Origin: a virus
DNA: 64,000 nucleotides
Reading direction: 5' to 3' (one strand)
Virus record (IMG/VR): IMGVR_UViG_3300031758_000022
Location: 1 to 64,000 of that record
Part shown: positions 48,603 through 57,970 of the stretch, in pieces
How the letters are laid out: each line of letters opens with the position of its first letter
Position numbering within the stretch: position 1 is the first letter of the stretch
Notes under the pieces: model-generated
Database searches by the model: none
What the model saw: only the letters and a program-made list of their open reading frames with translations
What the model was told of the DNA's origin: nothing
Translations under genes and position numbers: made by a program

Positions 48603-48926
48603 ATGAGTGAAAAAAAATCTGTGGAAGTAGAAATAATACCTACAGAAGCTATTATTGAAATAAAAGTTTCTGGGGAATTTGCGGCTAGACTTAAGTCTCT
48701 TATTACTGATTTCTTTCCTTACAAAAGTAATGAGCATTACTCAGAAATAATTGGCCACATTAAAAATAATACTAACCAAGATGACCCATATGTCTACCAC
48801 TTTAAGACTTTGTTGGCATTACAAACTCATCTAGAATTAGAAGCGAGAGCCCAAAAAATGACTAAAATGGTACCATTAGAATCAGGTAATATTAAACAAG
48901 AGGAAAATCCACAGCCTCCCCAATAG
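48603..48926 (+). CDS. Hypothetical protein (divergent orientation)
   Basis: 107-aa ORF filling the gap between minus-strand genes. Confidence 0.65.
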   Translation: MSEKKSVEVEIIPTEAIIEIKVSGEFAARLKSLITDFFPYKSNEHYSEIIGHIKNNTNQDDPYVYHFKTLLALQTHLELEARAQKMTKMVPLESGNIKQEENPQPPQ

Positions 48927-49269
48927 TAATAACTGCCTCTATTGCTAAACTTAATTCTTCTTTAGAGCAATCCTTAAAAGACTTATATTCACCGTCATTG
49001 GTGTATAACTGTGCTTTGTGTTTAACAATTGCCTTTAATTCTTCTTTGTCATAGCCTAAAAATTTAGAGAGCTCTCCAATACAAGCATGAACTTTAGCTA
49101 ATTGAGCTAGTGTTCCATCTGCTGTTTGTTCTTGATATGTCACTTCAATAACATCATCTTCTTTAAGATTTTTGACAAACAAGTCATATTTGAGCTTGTC
49201 TATTTCTCTCTTGAAGACGAGTTTTCCTTCCTCCATTTTATAGAGGATTGATAATGGTAATTGCTTCAT
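48892..49269 (-). CDS. NinB/YbcN-like protein
   Basis: QLAKVHACIGELSKFLGY...SFKDCSKEELSLAIE pattern. Confidence 0.5.
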   Translation of the reverse strand: MKQLPLSILYKMEEGKLVFKREIDKLKYDLFVKNLKEDDVIEVTYQEQTADGTLAQLAKVHACIGELSKFLGYDKEELKAIVKHKAQLYTNDGEYKSFKDCSKEELSLAIEAVITIGEAVDFPLV

Positions 49270-49287
49270 AGTGGGAATCTTATTAAA

Positions 49288-49680
49288 TTATTGCCTTGAA
49301 AATCTCTCAAAGCTGATATAAAAGCCTATTCCATAAATAACTGGAAAGACTACAAAGCTTGCAACTAAAGCTAAATACCAAGGAACCATCTGAATAGACA
49401 GCGCAAGATAAAAAGCTCTAAGCATAAAAAACTGATATTTATGCCAAGCATCAGTAAGACATACAAGTATAGTGCTACTGTATGGAAATTTTTCTTCATA
49501 AAGAGGATAATGACCGAAGTAATACCAGTCTTTTTGTTTATAATACTTAAGCCTACCATCTACAGTAAGCTTCCATTTGTTTTTCCATCCTATGTTTCTA
49601 CCACGAAACATAATAGTATCCATCTTGCCTTTTAAATAGGCAGCTACTATTATTAATATAAGACTACAAATGTCCAGCAT
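49288..49680 (-). CDS. Putative membrane protein
   Basis: Hydrophobic segments; WKNKWK...STILVCLTDAWH. Confidence 0.6.
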   Translation of the reverse strand: MLDICSLILIIVAAYLKGKMDTIMFRGRNIGWKNKWKLTVDGRLKYYKQKDWYYFGHYPLYEEKFPYSSTILVCLTDAWHKYQFFMLRAFYLALSIQMVPWYLALVASFVVFPVIYGIGFYISFERFSRQ

Positions 49681-49861
49681 CTTTTTTTTCTATATAATCT
49701 ATGTACTTACCTATGAGCAATATACAAAAAAATACAGACCATAAGTAAAGTCCTATGGTTTTATCTAATCCAGGAGACCAAAATAACATGATCAAATAGC
49801 CTATGGCAAACACAAGAACATGAAATAGAGATTCTTTTAATAACCATTTAATGTAATTCAT
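49664..49861 (-). CDS. Small two-TM membrane protein
   Basis: Two hydrophobic helices; ATG at 49861 lies downstream of a terminator. Confidence 0.55.
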   Translation of the reverse strand: MNYIKWLLKESLFHVLVFAIGYLIMLFWSPGLDKTIGLYLWSVFFCILLIGKYIDYIEKKDAGHL

Positions 49862-49874
49862 TGCATAAAGATAT

Positions 49875-49902
49875 AAAAAAAGTGGGCCTAGACCCACTTC
49901 TT
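49875..49902 (-). terminator. Intrinsic terminator
   Basis: AAGTGGG-CCTAGA-CCCACTT with an A tract on +. Confidence 0.7.
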
Positions 49903-49920
49903 ATTGTATTTTTTAACTAA

Positions 49921-50364
49921 TTACTTGTCCAATTTCTTAGGACCTCCTGTTGATTTTTTCTTGTAAAATCTGCGCTTAGGCTTAGGATTTTCAGAAACAA
50001 TCTTAGCATCATCTGCTGCTTTTACATTAATTGTAACGTCATCTGATGCTGCTGCAAGAAGTTTCTTGTTTTCATTATAAAGAACATCAATTTTAGACTG
50101 AAGAGATGCAATCTTAATGTCTTTTACTTGAATGTCCTTTGCAAGAGCAGCCTTCTCATCAGAAAGTTGAGCAATTTGCTTCTCTTGAGCACGCATCTTA
50201 GAAGATACTAAAGCACATGAATTATTGGCATTTGCCAAATCATCCTGAGACTCAGCTATAATAGCTTTTAGGTCAGCTACTTTTGATGCAAAAACAATAC
50301 TTACAATTATAGCCACTACAGCGACAACTGAAATTGAAAGAAGAAGTAAGTTATTATATTCCAT
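49921..50364 (-). CDS. Membrane-anchored coiled-coil protein
   Basis: N-terminal TM, long heptad region, basic tail. Confidence 0.65.
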   Translation of the reverse strand: MEYNNLLLLSISVVAVVAIIVSIVFASKVADLKAIIAESQDDLANANNSCALVSSKMRAQEKQIAQLSDEKAALAKDIQVKDIKIASLQSKIDVLYNENKKLLAAASDDVTINVKAADDAKIVSENPKPKRRFYKKKSTGGPKKLDK

Positions 50365-50384
50365 TGGTTTTGAGATTTATGGTC

Positions 50385-50392
50385 CAAATATA
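50385..50392 (-). promoter_or_regulatory. Bacteroidota-type -7 promoter element (TATATTTG)
   Basis: Intergenic TAnnTTTG match ~20 nt upstream of ATG 50364. Confidence 0.5.
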
Positions 50393-50402
50393 TACATATT
50401 TC

Positions 50403-50810
50403 TTATTCCCACAAACTTCTAAACAAAGATTTTATATTTTTAACTCCTACAGGGTTCATACTATGTATGAGAATCTCAGGTACTTGCCAATTGTTTTCTT
50501 GGTAATATTCCAAAAACCACTTTGCACAATGATATCCTGTTTTATTGTAGTCATCTTCAAAACTCTTTCCGTCATAATCTAATATACCGTCCACCATGTT
50601 TTGATGATAGTGACCATCCACTAAATCATGATCAAAAGAAATAGTATCTATGCTATCTCCAGCTGCTTTTACAGCTTCAACAAACTCCGGGTAATTTCTT
50701 ACTATTACCCAATCATCTTGACCATAGATAGTAGAATAACCGTTTATTCTAGCGGCCATATAAGTTAAGCAATCAGCCGGCTTTCTAAAGTCATCAAGGA
50801 AAATTTTCAT
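50403..50810 (-). CDS. Cyclic-phosphate-processing receiver-like (cREC) domain protein
   Basis: IFLDDFR.P, VRNY.EF, ISFDHDL, TGYHCAKW, IHSMNPVG. Confidence 0.8.
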   Translation of the reverse strand: MKIFLDDFRKPADCLTYMAARINGYSTIYGQDDWVIVRNYPEFVEAVKAAGDSIDTISFDHDLVDGHYHQNMVDGILDYDGKSFEDDYNKTGYHCAKWFLEYYQENNWQVPEILIHSMNPVGVKNIKSLFRSLWE

Positions 50811-51007
50811 ATTGGTAAGTTTTTTATTTTGTCAATTTCATTAAGCACTTCATACCAGTATTTCTGACCGGTAATGTCAATGAGTTTAGTTACAGCTACT
50901 TTAGCACATTCTTTTACCTTTCTTGTAGGTATAATGCTCTCTAATATAATCATGTAAGTTCTTACAAGATCTTTAGCTTGTTCTTCAGGTGTTTTGTTAG
51001 AATTCAT
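50807..51007 (-). CDS. Hypothetical protein
   Basis: Small ORF; TPEEQAKDL...CAKVAV...YWYEVLNEI pattern. Confidence 0.6.
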   Translation of the reverse strand: MNSNKTPEEQAKDLVRTYMIILESIIPTRKVKECAKVAVTKLIDITGQKYWYEVLNEIDKIKNLPI

Positions 51008-51020
51008 AATTAACAAAATT

Positions 51021-51052
51021 AAAAAAAAGAGGGATGTTACTCCCTCTTTTTT
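51021..51052. terminator. Intrinsic terminator
   Basis: AAAAAAAGAGGGA-TGTTAC-TCCCTCTTTTTT. Confidence 0.8.
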
Positions 51053-52403
51053 ATTGAAATTCGGATTTTACAACATTGTTAATAAGCATACTAATAGCCT
51101 CAGGAGCTTTAGACATTTCTGTAACAACAGTATTGTATTTGTACAACTCTTGAACTCCAGTATAGTTAAAACCTATACCGCAAGCTACAAAACCGTCCCT
51201 TTTGCATTTTTCAACAATTCTCTTTAAATCATCACGGTCTGAAGAGCTTCCATATCTGTAACCTGCAGGTTGACCATCAGAAATTACAATGAAAAGAATG
51301 TTCTTATCAGTATAAGATCTAATTTTGTCATAGATATTGTCAATAACAGGACCATCATAATTCTCTAAAAAGTTTACTCTATTTTGACGAGCATAAGCTT
51401 TTTCAAAAATCTGGTTGTACTTGTCATTATATACATGAATTTCAGGAACATTACCACCTGTATGACCATATATATAAATGTCTTTAGGATCCATTACTTG
51501 AGAGAATGTCAAATAAAGCATTTTTGTAATACTGTGTTGGCTATCTCTATAACCAGAATAGTCCATACTACCACTCTCATCATTTAGAATGCAAACACTA
51601 AAAGGCTTAGTTCTATCATGAAGCTCTTTTCTAAAATTGATAAGATGATTTCCTGCTATTGCCTCAGCAATTTTAGGAATATCTATTTTACCAGTTCTTA
51701 GATTAGTAATTTTAGTCTCATCCTGATCAAAAGAAATATCAAGAAGATTTAACAGTTTTTCAGAGTTTTTTACTTCATTGGAATTATAATGATGTTCACT
51801 CTCCTGCTCAGACATAACCTTAAATGTAGTATTCTTTTTAAGATCTTCATAACAGCTAGAACTAGATTTATAGTCACCCCATATATTAGAACGAGTTTGC
51901 TTCTCAACAGAATTTATTTCACTTCTTAAAAAATCCTTAGTTGATTTACCTATAGACAAATAGTCTTCAGTATCCTCATCTTTTAAGGAAAATTTATAAG
52001 TAATTGTTGAATTACTTATCAAATTACTATAATTAGTAAATAATGAAGAAAGCTCCTTTTCATTCTTTATGATACCTCTTAAACAAGCTTTTACAGATTC
52101 TTTATTAAAAGTGTAAACAATACTTGATCTATATACACCATATCCATAGAAATTGTCTACTTTTTCTGCTTTACAAGATTCTAAAAATGTATCTTGATAA
52201 CCGTATTTGTTAACAGCATTGATAAAAACAGCTAGTAGCTTCTTTTCAGAATAAGGACTAATATATTGAGATTTATCTCCCGCTGTAATGTTAAAACCAT
52301 AAGGCATTTTCATTTCAGGAAGATCCCATAAAAGCTGGGAAAACCCTCCAAAATCGGAGGATTCCCAGCCACTTTTACTAAAAAACTTTTTTACTTTACC
52401 CAT
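51051..52403 (-). CDS. vWA domain protein (CobT/NorD-like C-terminus)
   Basis: RTGKID, MIDAS DESGSM, NYDG, VISDGQP, GIG. Confidence 0.82.
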   Translation of the reverse strand: MGKVKKFFSKSGWESSDFGGFSQLLWDLPEMKMPYGFNITAGDKSQYISPYSEKKLLAVFINAVNKYGYQDTFLESCKAEKVDNFYGYGVYRSSIVYTFNKESVKACLRGIIKNEKELSSLFTNYSNLISNSTITYKFSLKDEDTEDYLSIGKSTKDFLRSEINSVEKQTRSNIWGDYKSSSSCYEDLKKNTTFKVMSEQESEHHYNSNEVKNSEKLLNLLDISFDQDETKITNLRTGKIDIPKIAEAIAGNHLINFRKELHDRTKPFSVCILNDESGSMDYSGYRDSQHSITKMLYLTFSQVMDPKDIYIYGHTGGNVPEIHVYNDKYNQIFEKAYARQNRVNFLENYDGPVIDNIYDKIRSYTDKNILFIVISDGQPAGYRYGSSSDRDDLKRIVEKCKRDGFVACGIGFNYTGVQELYKYNTVVTEMSKAPEAISMLINNVVKSEFQ

Positions 52404-52430
52404 ATTATATGGTTTTTAGTAGTGTGATTA

Positions 52431-53501
52431 TTACTTTTTATAAGGGTTGATTATACTAGAGACAGCATCTATTCCTGCTTTTCCTCCAATACCCTTACAC
52501 GTAGCATAATATGCATCATAGATTGTGAAGCCATTAGCTACCATAGAAGTAATCATTTTCAAGTGTCTCATTGACAAATTGAAATTGATAACAAATTGCT
52601 CATGCTGAACATTAATAGCAAAGAATATATCTACAATACTAGAATAGTTTTCTTTACTAACTGTGTCTTTGAAGACATTTTCTAGTACGTATTTACAACC
52701 TTCAGCATTCAAAGGCTCAATCTCCAAGATCATAAATCTGTCAATCAAAGCTTTGTCAAGTTTGTGAGTACCTGTGTACTGACTACCTGTATTTGCTGTA
52801 GCTACAAACACACAATCAGGATGAATCTTAATTGGTGAATAGTCCTCAAAAGAATACTCCATTGGAAGTTCTCTTCTAAAGTCAAGACAAGGGAACAACA
52901 AGTTGTTAGAACCTGCTGCAGCACGAGACAACTCATCAAGAACTACAATCCCAGGTTTTTGAATTACCTCTGAGAATCTTGATTTCTTAAATTCACTACT
53001 TGTAACTCCATCTTTTACAGTGATTGCGTGAGTACCAATCAAAGACATGATAGGGTCTGTCATAGTACCCATATCAAATACAGTATAATCCATTTTTAAA
53101 GATTGCGCTATTGCAGCAATCATCTCAGTCTTACCTACACCGGTAGGACCCAATAACATAGTATTTACCTTGTTCTTGATATTATGAGAAAGCATCTTTG
53201 AGATACCTTTTTCAATCAAAAACCCATTAACAGCTTGATAAATCTTAGGTGCTGCGGCTGTTGTTTTTAATGTAGCAGTTAGTGTTTCTGAATCTATCAC
53301 AGATTCTATCACAGAGTCTTTAATAGTAGGTGGTGTTTTTGCTGCTTCAGCTGCTTCTCTTGCTTCCATCATTTCTTTTTTTGTTCTACGTTTTCTTTTT
53401 ACTTTTAATAATTCTGCTCTTAATAATTCTTCAGTACTTTCTAGTCTACCTATTTCAATAGTTGCATCTTTGAAGAATTCTTCAATAGTTTCTGGTTCCA
53501 T
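52431..53501 (-). CDS. MoxR/CbbQ/NorQ-like AAA+ ATPase
   Basis: GPTGVGKT, VVLDELSR, ATAN.G..Y.GT..LDKALIDRF, SMR. Confidence 0.88.
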   Translation of the reverse strand: MEPETIEEFFKDATIEIGRLESTEELLRAELLKVKRKRRTKKEMMEAREAAEAAKTPPTIKDSVIESVIDSETLTATLKTTAAAPKIYQAVNGFLIEKGISKMLSHNIKNKVNTMLLGPTGVGKTEMIAAIAQSLKMDYTVFDMGTMTDPIMSLIGTHAITVKDGVTSSEFKKSRFSEVIQKPGIVVLDELSRAAAGSNNLLFPCLDFRRELPMEYSFEDYSPIKIHPDCVFVATANTGSQYTGTHKLDKALIDRFMILEIEPLNAEGCKYVLENVFKDTVSKENYSSIVDIFFAINVQHEQFVINFNLSMRHLKMITSMVANGFTIYDAYYATCKGIGGKAGIDAVSSIINPYKK

Positions 53502-53560
53502 TTTGTTAAATGTGAGTTGTTAAGCCTTGAGAATCAAGACTTTTATTTTTTTACAAGGGA

Positions 53561-54682
53561 CTAAACGTTTATGTATTTGATTTTACTTTGGTCAAATACT
53601 GCTAATGCAGATTTGGTCCAGTTCTCATCTACAGTACCTCTGTAACATAAAACGTGAATTACTGCCTTTTCTGTAGGATTTAATCTTAACATCCTACCAA
53701 TTCTCTGACTAGATTTTCTTTCATTGCCATATGCATGCATAATGATTCCTTGTTTTAAGTCAGGTATATTTACACCTTCACTTAATTGTAGTACTGCTGA
53801 GAGTTTAGGAATTATGCCGGCTTTAAACTTTAAAAGATTTTCTTCAGAATCTTTGTTACCACTATAGTAACTGTGTCTACATAGTCTATTAGCTTGGTTC
53901 TGAGTATTAGCAAACAAGATGCATTTATCAGATATAGAATTAAAAAGTTTTTCAGCATATACTTCTTTTGAAGGATACTCCATCATAGCTTTCATTCTTT
54001 GAATTCTGAGCATCATAGTTTCTTTTATAAAACTAGAATTATCAATTCTATCACACCAATACACATAGGATTCTACCTCTGATGTAGGCCACTTCTTATA
54101 CTTATTTCCTACCATTACATTCTTCATTTTTCCTAGAGGAAGTAAATGAACAATGATCTCATAGTCATTAAGAATACCATCTCCTACGGCATCATCTACT
54201 AAATACTCATATACCATAGGGCAATAAGTATTTACCATTTTACCTTTTTCAGATGTGACAAACTTAGGAGGAGTCCCTGTTAAGCCAATTATACCACCAG
54301 AAAATTTTGATAAACAAGGAGAATGAGATTCAAGAAGATTGTGACACTCATCAAGATAGATTACATCATAGACACTTAAGTCCTTTTTACAAAGAGATAA
54401 GTAAGTAGTGTAATCTATATTGTCAGATAACCAAGACATATTATGCTTAGTAATCTCATCTTTCCAGGAATTCCAAATAGATTTTTTAGGCGCTACTACT
54501 AAGGCCTTTATACTAGAACCATAGTATATATTAAGACTGTTCAAGTGTTTAAGACCTATTAAAGTCTTTCCTACTCCCATACTTACTGCAACACCTGCTC
54601 TATTTTTAATACCTAAAGCTGCTAATGCTTCAGCTTGTATTTCATCTTTAGTCTTCTTCATTCTCTTGAGTTCTTGTTTCAT
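53561..54682 (-). CDS. Superfamily 2 (DExH) helicase
   Basis: MGVGKT, LDECH, GLTGT, EGVNIP, QRIGR. Confidence 0.88.
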   Translation of the reverse strand: MKQELKRMKKTKDEIQAEALAALGIKNRAGVAVSMGVGKTLIGLKHLNSLNIYYGSSIKALVVAPKKSIWNSWKDEITKHNMSWLSDNIDYTTYLSLCKKDLSVYDVIYLDECHNLLESHSPCLSKFSGGIIGLTGTPPKFVTSEKGKMVNTYCPMVYEYLVDDAVGDGILNDYEIIVHLLPLGKMKNVMVGNKYKKWPTSEVESYVYWCDRIDNSSFIKETMMLRIQRMKAMMEYPSKEVYAEKLFNSISDKCILFANTQNQANRLCRHSYYSGNKDSEENLLKFKAGIIPKLSAVLQLSEGVNIPDLKQGIIMHAYGNERKSSQRIGRMLRLNPTEKAVIHVLCYRGTVDENWTKSALAVFDQSKIKYINV

Positions 54683-55082
54683 CTCTTGATACAGAGAATC
54701 CCATAGCCTTTGCCATTAAAGGATTCTCTTCAATTTGATTGTGACACACCCTACAAACAGGCAGGAATAAGCTATCATCTAATAGATACCTACCCCTACC
54801 TGCCATATGGTGCACATCTGAAGCATTAAGTTGACATCCGGTTAATTTTGCTTTGCAAAAAGGATTATTTGTAAGGAAAGCTATGCGAAGAATCCCATAC
54901 AATTTTTCCAACTTTTCTTGCTTAGAAGATTTGCTCTTGATAGGAGCTTTTGCTTTTAATGGTTTTAAAGACTTTTCTGGATGTTTTGCCCAACAGGCTT
55001 GGCAGAATCTTTCTTTGCCGTGTTTTTTCCATATTACTTTGTCTTCATGACAACCATCACATTTCTTTAGTTTCGCTTGCAT
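54648..55082 (-). CDS. Zn-finger/HNH-like nuclease (NinG-like)
   Basis: CDGC...CQAC; C...C...DVHH...GRG...VCRVCH. Confidence 0.65.
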   Translation of the reverse strand: MQAKLKKCDGCHEDKVIWKKHGKERFCQACWAKHPEKSLKPLKAKAPIKSKSSKQEKLEKLYGILRIAFLTNNPFCKAKLTGCQLNASDVHHMAGRGRYLLDDSLFLPVCRVCHNQIEENPLMAKAMGFSVSRDETRTQENEED

Positions 55083-55257
55083 TTCCGGTAACTAGAATGG
55101 TCCCATCATTATAAAGTGCACCTAGAGATGCACTTTTAGATACTTCTTTAAAAGCGTTGTTTTGAACACTCAAAGATTTTAATAAGCTTTTTTCCAATTC
55201 ATTTTCAGGAATCAAAGCTAATCCTACAGTACCATTGACTGTAAATTGATATTTCAT
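55057..55257 (-). CDS. Hypothetical protein
   Basis: 66-aa ORF coupled to its neighbours. Confidence 0.55.
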   Translation of the reverse strand: MKYQFTVNGTVGLALIPENELEKSLLKSLSVQNNAFKEVSKSASLGALYNDGTILVTGNASETKEM

Positions 55258-55568
55258 TCTTCTTGTTTTTTAAAGGACTCTTCCACCTTCTCATAAAGCC
55301 CAGGGATAGACTCCCTGATAAGCTCTATGATAGGTGTAAGTTTTTCATCCACAATCTGACAATATTTATAGTGAGGTTCTTCTACTATATCTAAAAGATC
55401 TTGTTCAGAAAACTCTTTAAAAGTAGATATCAAAGTTGTTTCAGAAATATCTAAAACACTTTCAACACCGCCTAATTGAAAAAGCTTATCATAATTATCC
55501 AAGAACTTCTTGTTTGTGATATAAATGAAGATTACTTCTTCATTGTCTAAGTTGTGAAAGTTGCCCAT
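55254..55568 (-). CDS. Hypothetical protein
   Basis: 104-aa acidic ORF. Confidence 0.65.
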   Translation of the reverse strand: MGNFHNLDNEEVIFIYITNKKFLDNYDKLFQLGGVESVLDISETTLISTFKEFSEQDLLDIVEEPHYKYCQIVDEKLTPIIELIRESIPGLYEKVEESFKKQEE

Positions 55569-55570
55569 AG

Positions 55571-56053
55571 TTATACTAATTCATAAAAATTAACAGGAAG
55601 TATTTTTTCTTGGATAAGTTTAGAAACAATTTGTTTCTTTTCTACACCAAGGCTTTTGAAATCAACATCGCTAATGTATGACTGATCAGTCTCAGTTCCA
55701 AATTTTTCTACTATTTCTTTAGCAAATGTGCTGTGATAGAAAAGATTATTAAAAATGGAGTTAACCATATTATTAACCATTTCCTGTTTCCAAAGATTCA
55801 ATACTTTCTGTGTACGCCCATGCACTTTGACAATTCTTTTCTTTTTGTCTCCATGCATTATACCCAGTTCTTCAACTGAATATACAGATAATCCAAACAA
55901 TGCCCTTTTATACAGAAAATTCTGATAGGCATTAAACTCATCCCTTTCATACTCAACATATCCAGATTGTCTGTTGCCAAACAACTGATAGTCACTTAAT
56001 TTCCCATCATAAGATGATGGCTGTACTTGGGATCTTTTTTTAGGTGGTTGCAT
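55571..56053 (-). CDS. Hypothetical protein
   Basis: 160-aa ORF. Confidence 0.7.
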   Translation of the reverse strand: MQPPKKRSQVQPSSYDGKLSDYQLFGNRQSGYVEYERDEFNAYQNFLYKRALFGLSVYSVEELGIMHGDKKKRIVKVHGRTQKVLNLWKQEMVNNMVNSIFNNLFYHSTFAKEIVEKFGTETDQSYISDVDFKSLGVEKKQIVSKLIQEKILPVNFYELV

Positions 56054-56082
56054 ATATATTTGATTTACAATATTTTAGAAAT

Positions 56083-56105
56083 AAAAAATGAGGCCTAGCC
56101 TCATT
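56083..56105 (-). terminator. Intrinsic terminator
   Basis: AAAAAATGAGGC-CTA-GCCTCATT. Confidence 0.65.
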
Positions 56106-56376
56106 ACTCAATTTCAAACTCAAATGGTTCATCTGGTATATCATTATCATCAGGAAAATAGTCTTCAAAGTATGTTTCCACCTCATCTACTTCTTCTTCT
56201 TCCTCTTCCTTAATGTCCGGCTCTTCAGTTTTAGAGATAGAAGACCCTGACCAAGGATTTGATATATATTCCCCGGCATTTATACTCAGTAAATACTGAA
56301 CATCCCTGTCTTTTAGATTGAGATATTCCTCTACTGAAATATGAACCACTTTACCATTTGGAAGCTGATAATACAT
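56104..56376 (-). CDS. Hypothetical protein with acidic C-terminus
   Basis: 90 aa; MYYQLPNGK N-terminus, E/D-rich tail. Confidence 0.7.
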   Translation of the reverse strand: MYYQLPNGKVVHISVEEYLNLKDRDVQYLLSINAGEYISNPWSGSSISKTEEPDIKEEEEEEVDEVETYFEDYFPDDNDIPDEPFEFEIE

Positions 56377-56392
56377 TGTACATATAATCTAT

Positions 56393-56400
56393 CAAAGATA
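56393..56400 (-). promoter_or_regulatory. Bacteroidota-type -7 promoter element (TATCTTTG)
   Basis: Intergenic TAnnTTTG match ~16 nt upstream of ATG 56376. Confidence 0.5.
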
Positions 56401-56465
56401 CGTGTACATAATAAAAAAACTTCTAACTACCACTACTATAAGCAATAATTAAAGCATTAATATAG

Positions 56466-56708
56466 CTAGGACCTCATAGCAAGTACCGCAGCTAAAACTG
56501 AGGCAATTGTAGAGGCAATGCATAGCAAATAGCATATCTTTATGCCTTTATTAAAGGCACGCATATCTTGGGTAGCAGTAATACTAATTTTTGATGTATT
56601 TTTAACATCTTCCTTTAAATATGATAGCTGATCTGTTATATGTTTGATCTGTTTACTATACGTCCCCATATAAACAGGACGTTGATCTTGAGTTCTTTTT
56701 TCATTCAT
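56466..56708 (-). CDS. Small protein with C-terminal TM helix
   Basis: 80 aa; hydrophobic C-terminus. Confidence 0.55.
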   Translation of the reverse strand: MNEKRTQDQRPVYMGTYSKQIKHITDQLSYLKEDVKNTSKISITATQDMRAFNKGIKICYLLCIASTIASVLAAVLAMRS

Positions 56709-56748
56709 AATAAAATTCTTTGTATTTTAAATAATAAATACTAGTCAC

Positions 56749-57741
56749 ATGGCAGGAAAAACACCAGCTCAGATCTGCAAAGATCATCTTAAAGAATATC
56801 CAAACACTCCAATACTTACTCTAGCTAAGAAAATCTATGGAAAGCACAATCTGCTTTTCAAAGATGTTGAAGCTGTTAGAACAATGCTTAGGCGTTATGC
56901 TGGATTATCAGGAAATAAATCCCGTAAAGTAAAAACAGAGCTTACAAGACCTGTTACTTACAATTACAATCCTTTTGATGATATTCCTGAATCTTTTATG
57001 GATGTTAGAGAACCTTATGTTCTTCCTACAACAGCTACTAATATTCTTATTCTTTCTGATATTCACTTTCCATACCATGATAAAGATGCTTTAAAAGCAG
57101 CTATTCAGTATGGAGTAGATAAAAACATTAATTGCATTGTATTAAACGGGGATATTCTTGACTTCTATCAGTTATCTGACTTTAGTAAAGACCCTAGTAA
57201 ACCAAAAATGTCCAAAGAGTTGGAACTTGGTAGATGGTTTTTAGGTGCATTACGTAGTAAATTTCCAAATATTCCTATTTATTACAAGATTGGTAATCAT
57301 GAAATGAGACTAGAGAGATGGCTTAAAGTCAAAGCTCCAGAATTTCTTGATACCGATGAATTTAGACTTGATGTGCTCCTAAGATTTGGAGAACATAAAA
57401 TCCATTTGATAGATAAATATACTGTAATCAAGGCAGGACATTTGAATATAATTCACGGCCATGAATACAAAGGTGCCGGAGGTGTATATCCAGCTAAGTA
57501 TATTTATAGTAAAACTAAAGTAAACACCTTATGCGGGCACTATCACAGGGCCAGCACATTCCTTGACAAAAATATGGATGGTAATTATCACGGAGGATTC
57601 ACAACAGGATGTCTGTGTGAACTTAGTCCAGATTACCTACCATATAATGATTGGGTTCTAGGATTTTCAAGAGTAATTGTACATCCTGATAAATCCTTTG
57701 AGGTTGAAAACAAAATAATTGTTGACGGTAAAATAAGATAA
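56749..57741 (+). CDS. Calcineurin-like metallophosphoesterase
   Basis: SDIH, NGDILD, GNHE, HGHE, GHYH. Confidence 0.9.
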   Translation: MAGKTPAQICKDHLKEYPNTPILTLAKKIYGKHNLLFKDVEAVRTMLRRYAGLSGNKSRKVKTELTRPVTYNYNPFDDIPESFMDVREPYVLPTTATNILILSDIHFPYHDKDALKAAIQYGVDKNINCIVLNGDILDFYQLSDFSKDPSKPKMSKELELGRWFLGALRSKFPNIPIYYKIGNHEMRLERWLKVKAPEFLDTDEFRLDVLLRFGEHKIHLIDKYTVIKAGHLNIIHGHEYKGAGGVYPAKYIYSKTKVNTLCGHYHRASTFLDKNMDGNYHGGFTTGCLCELSPDYLPYNDWVLGFSRVIVHPDKSFEVENKIIVDGKIR

Positions 57742-57745
57742 TACA

Positions 57746-57970
57746 ATGGCTACATATGTAAATATGGGGTTGTACACTCCTGAAACTGAAGAAGAAGAAA
57801 CTTATTCTCCCATTATCTACATTGATGAAGAAATAGTACAGATCTTAAATACTGAACATGAATTTATAGCTCAATTTACCTACGAAGAACTCAGAGGTAT
57901 AATGGCTATAATGGCTGCTGAACAAGAAAAACAACACTTATTTATCAAAGCTCAGATAAAAAGCAATTAA
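57746..57970 (+). CDS. Hypothetical protein
   Basis: 74-aa ORF following the phosphoesterase. Confidence 0.6.
   Translation: MATYVNMGLYTPETEEEETYSPIIYIDEEIVQILNTEHEFIAQFTYEELRGIMAIMAAEQEKQHLFIKAQIKSN

Noticed and set aside
49288-50364. Lysis cassette (holin/spanin)
   Set aside because: Membrane proteins are present, but there is no endolysin or nested lipoprotein nearby, and they lie in the early/replication arm.
53293-53316. 12-bp tandem repeat (tctatcacaga x2) in the AAA gene
   Set aside because: Short slippage repeat in a low-complexity linker; no functional implication evident.
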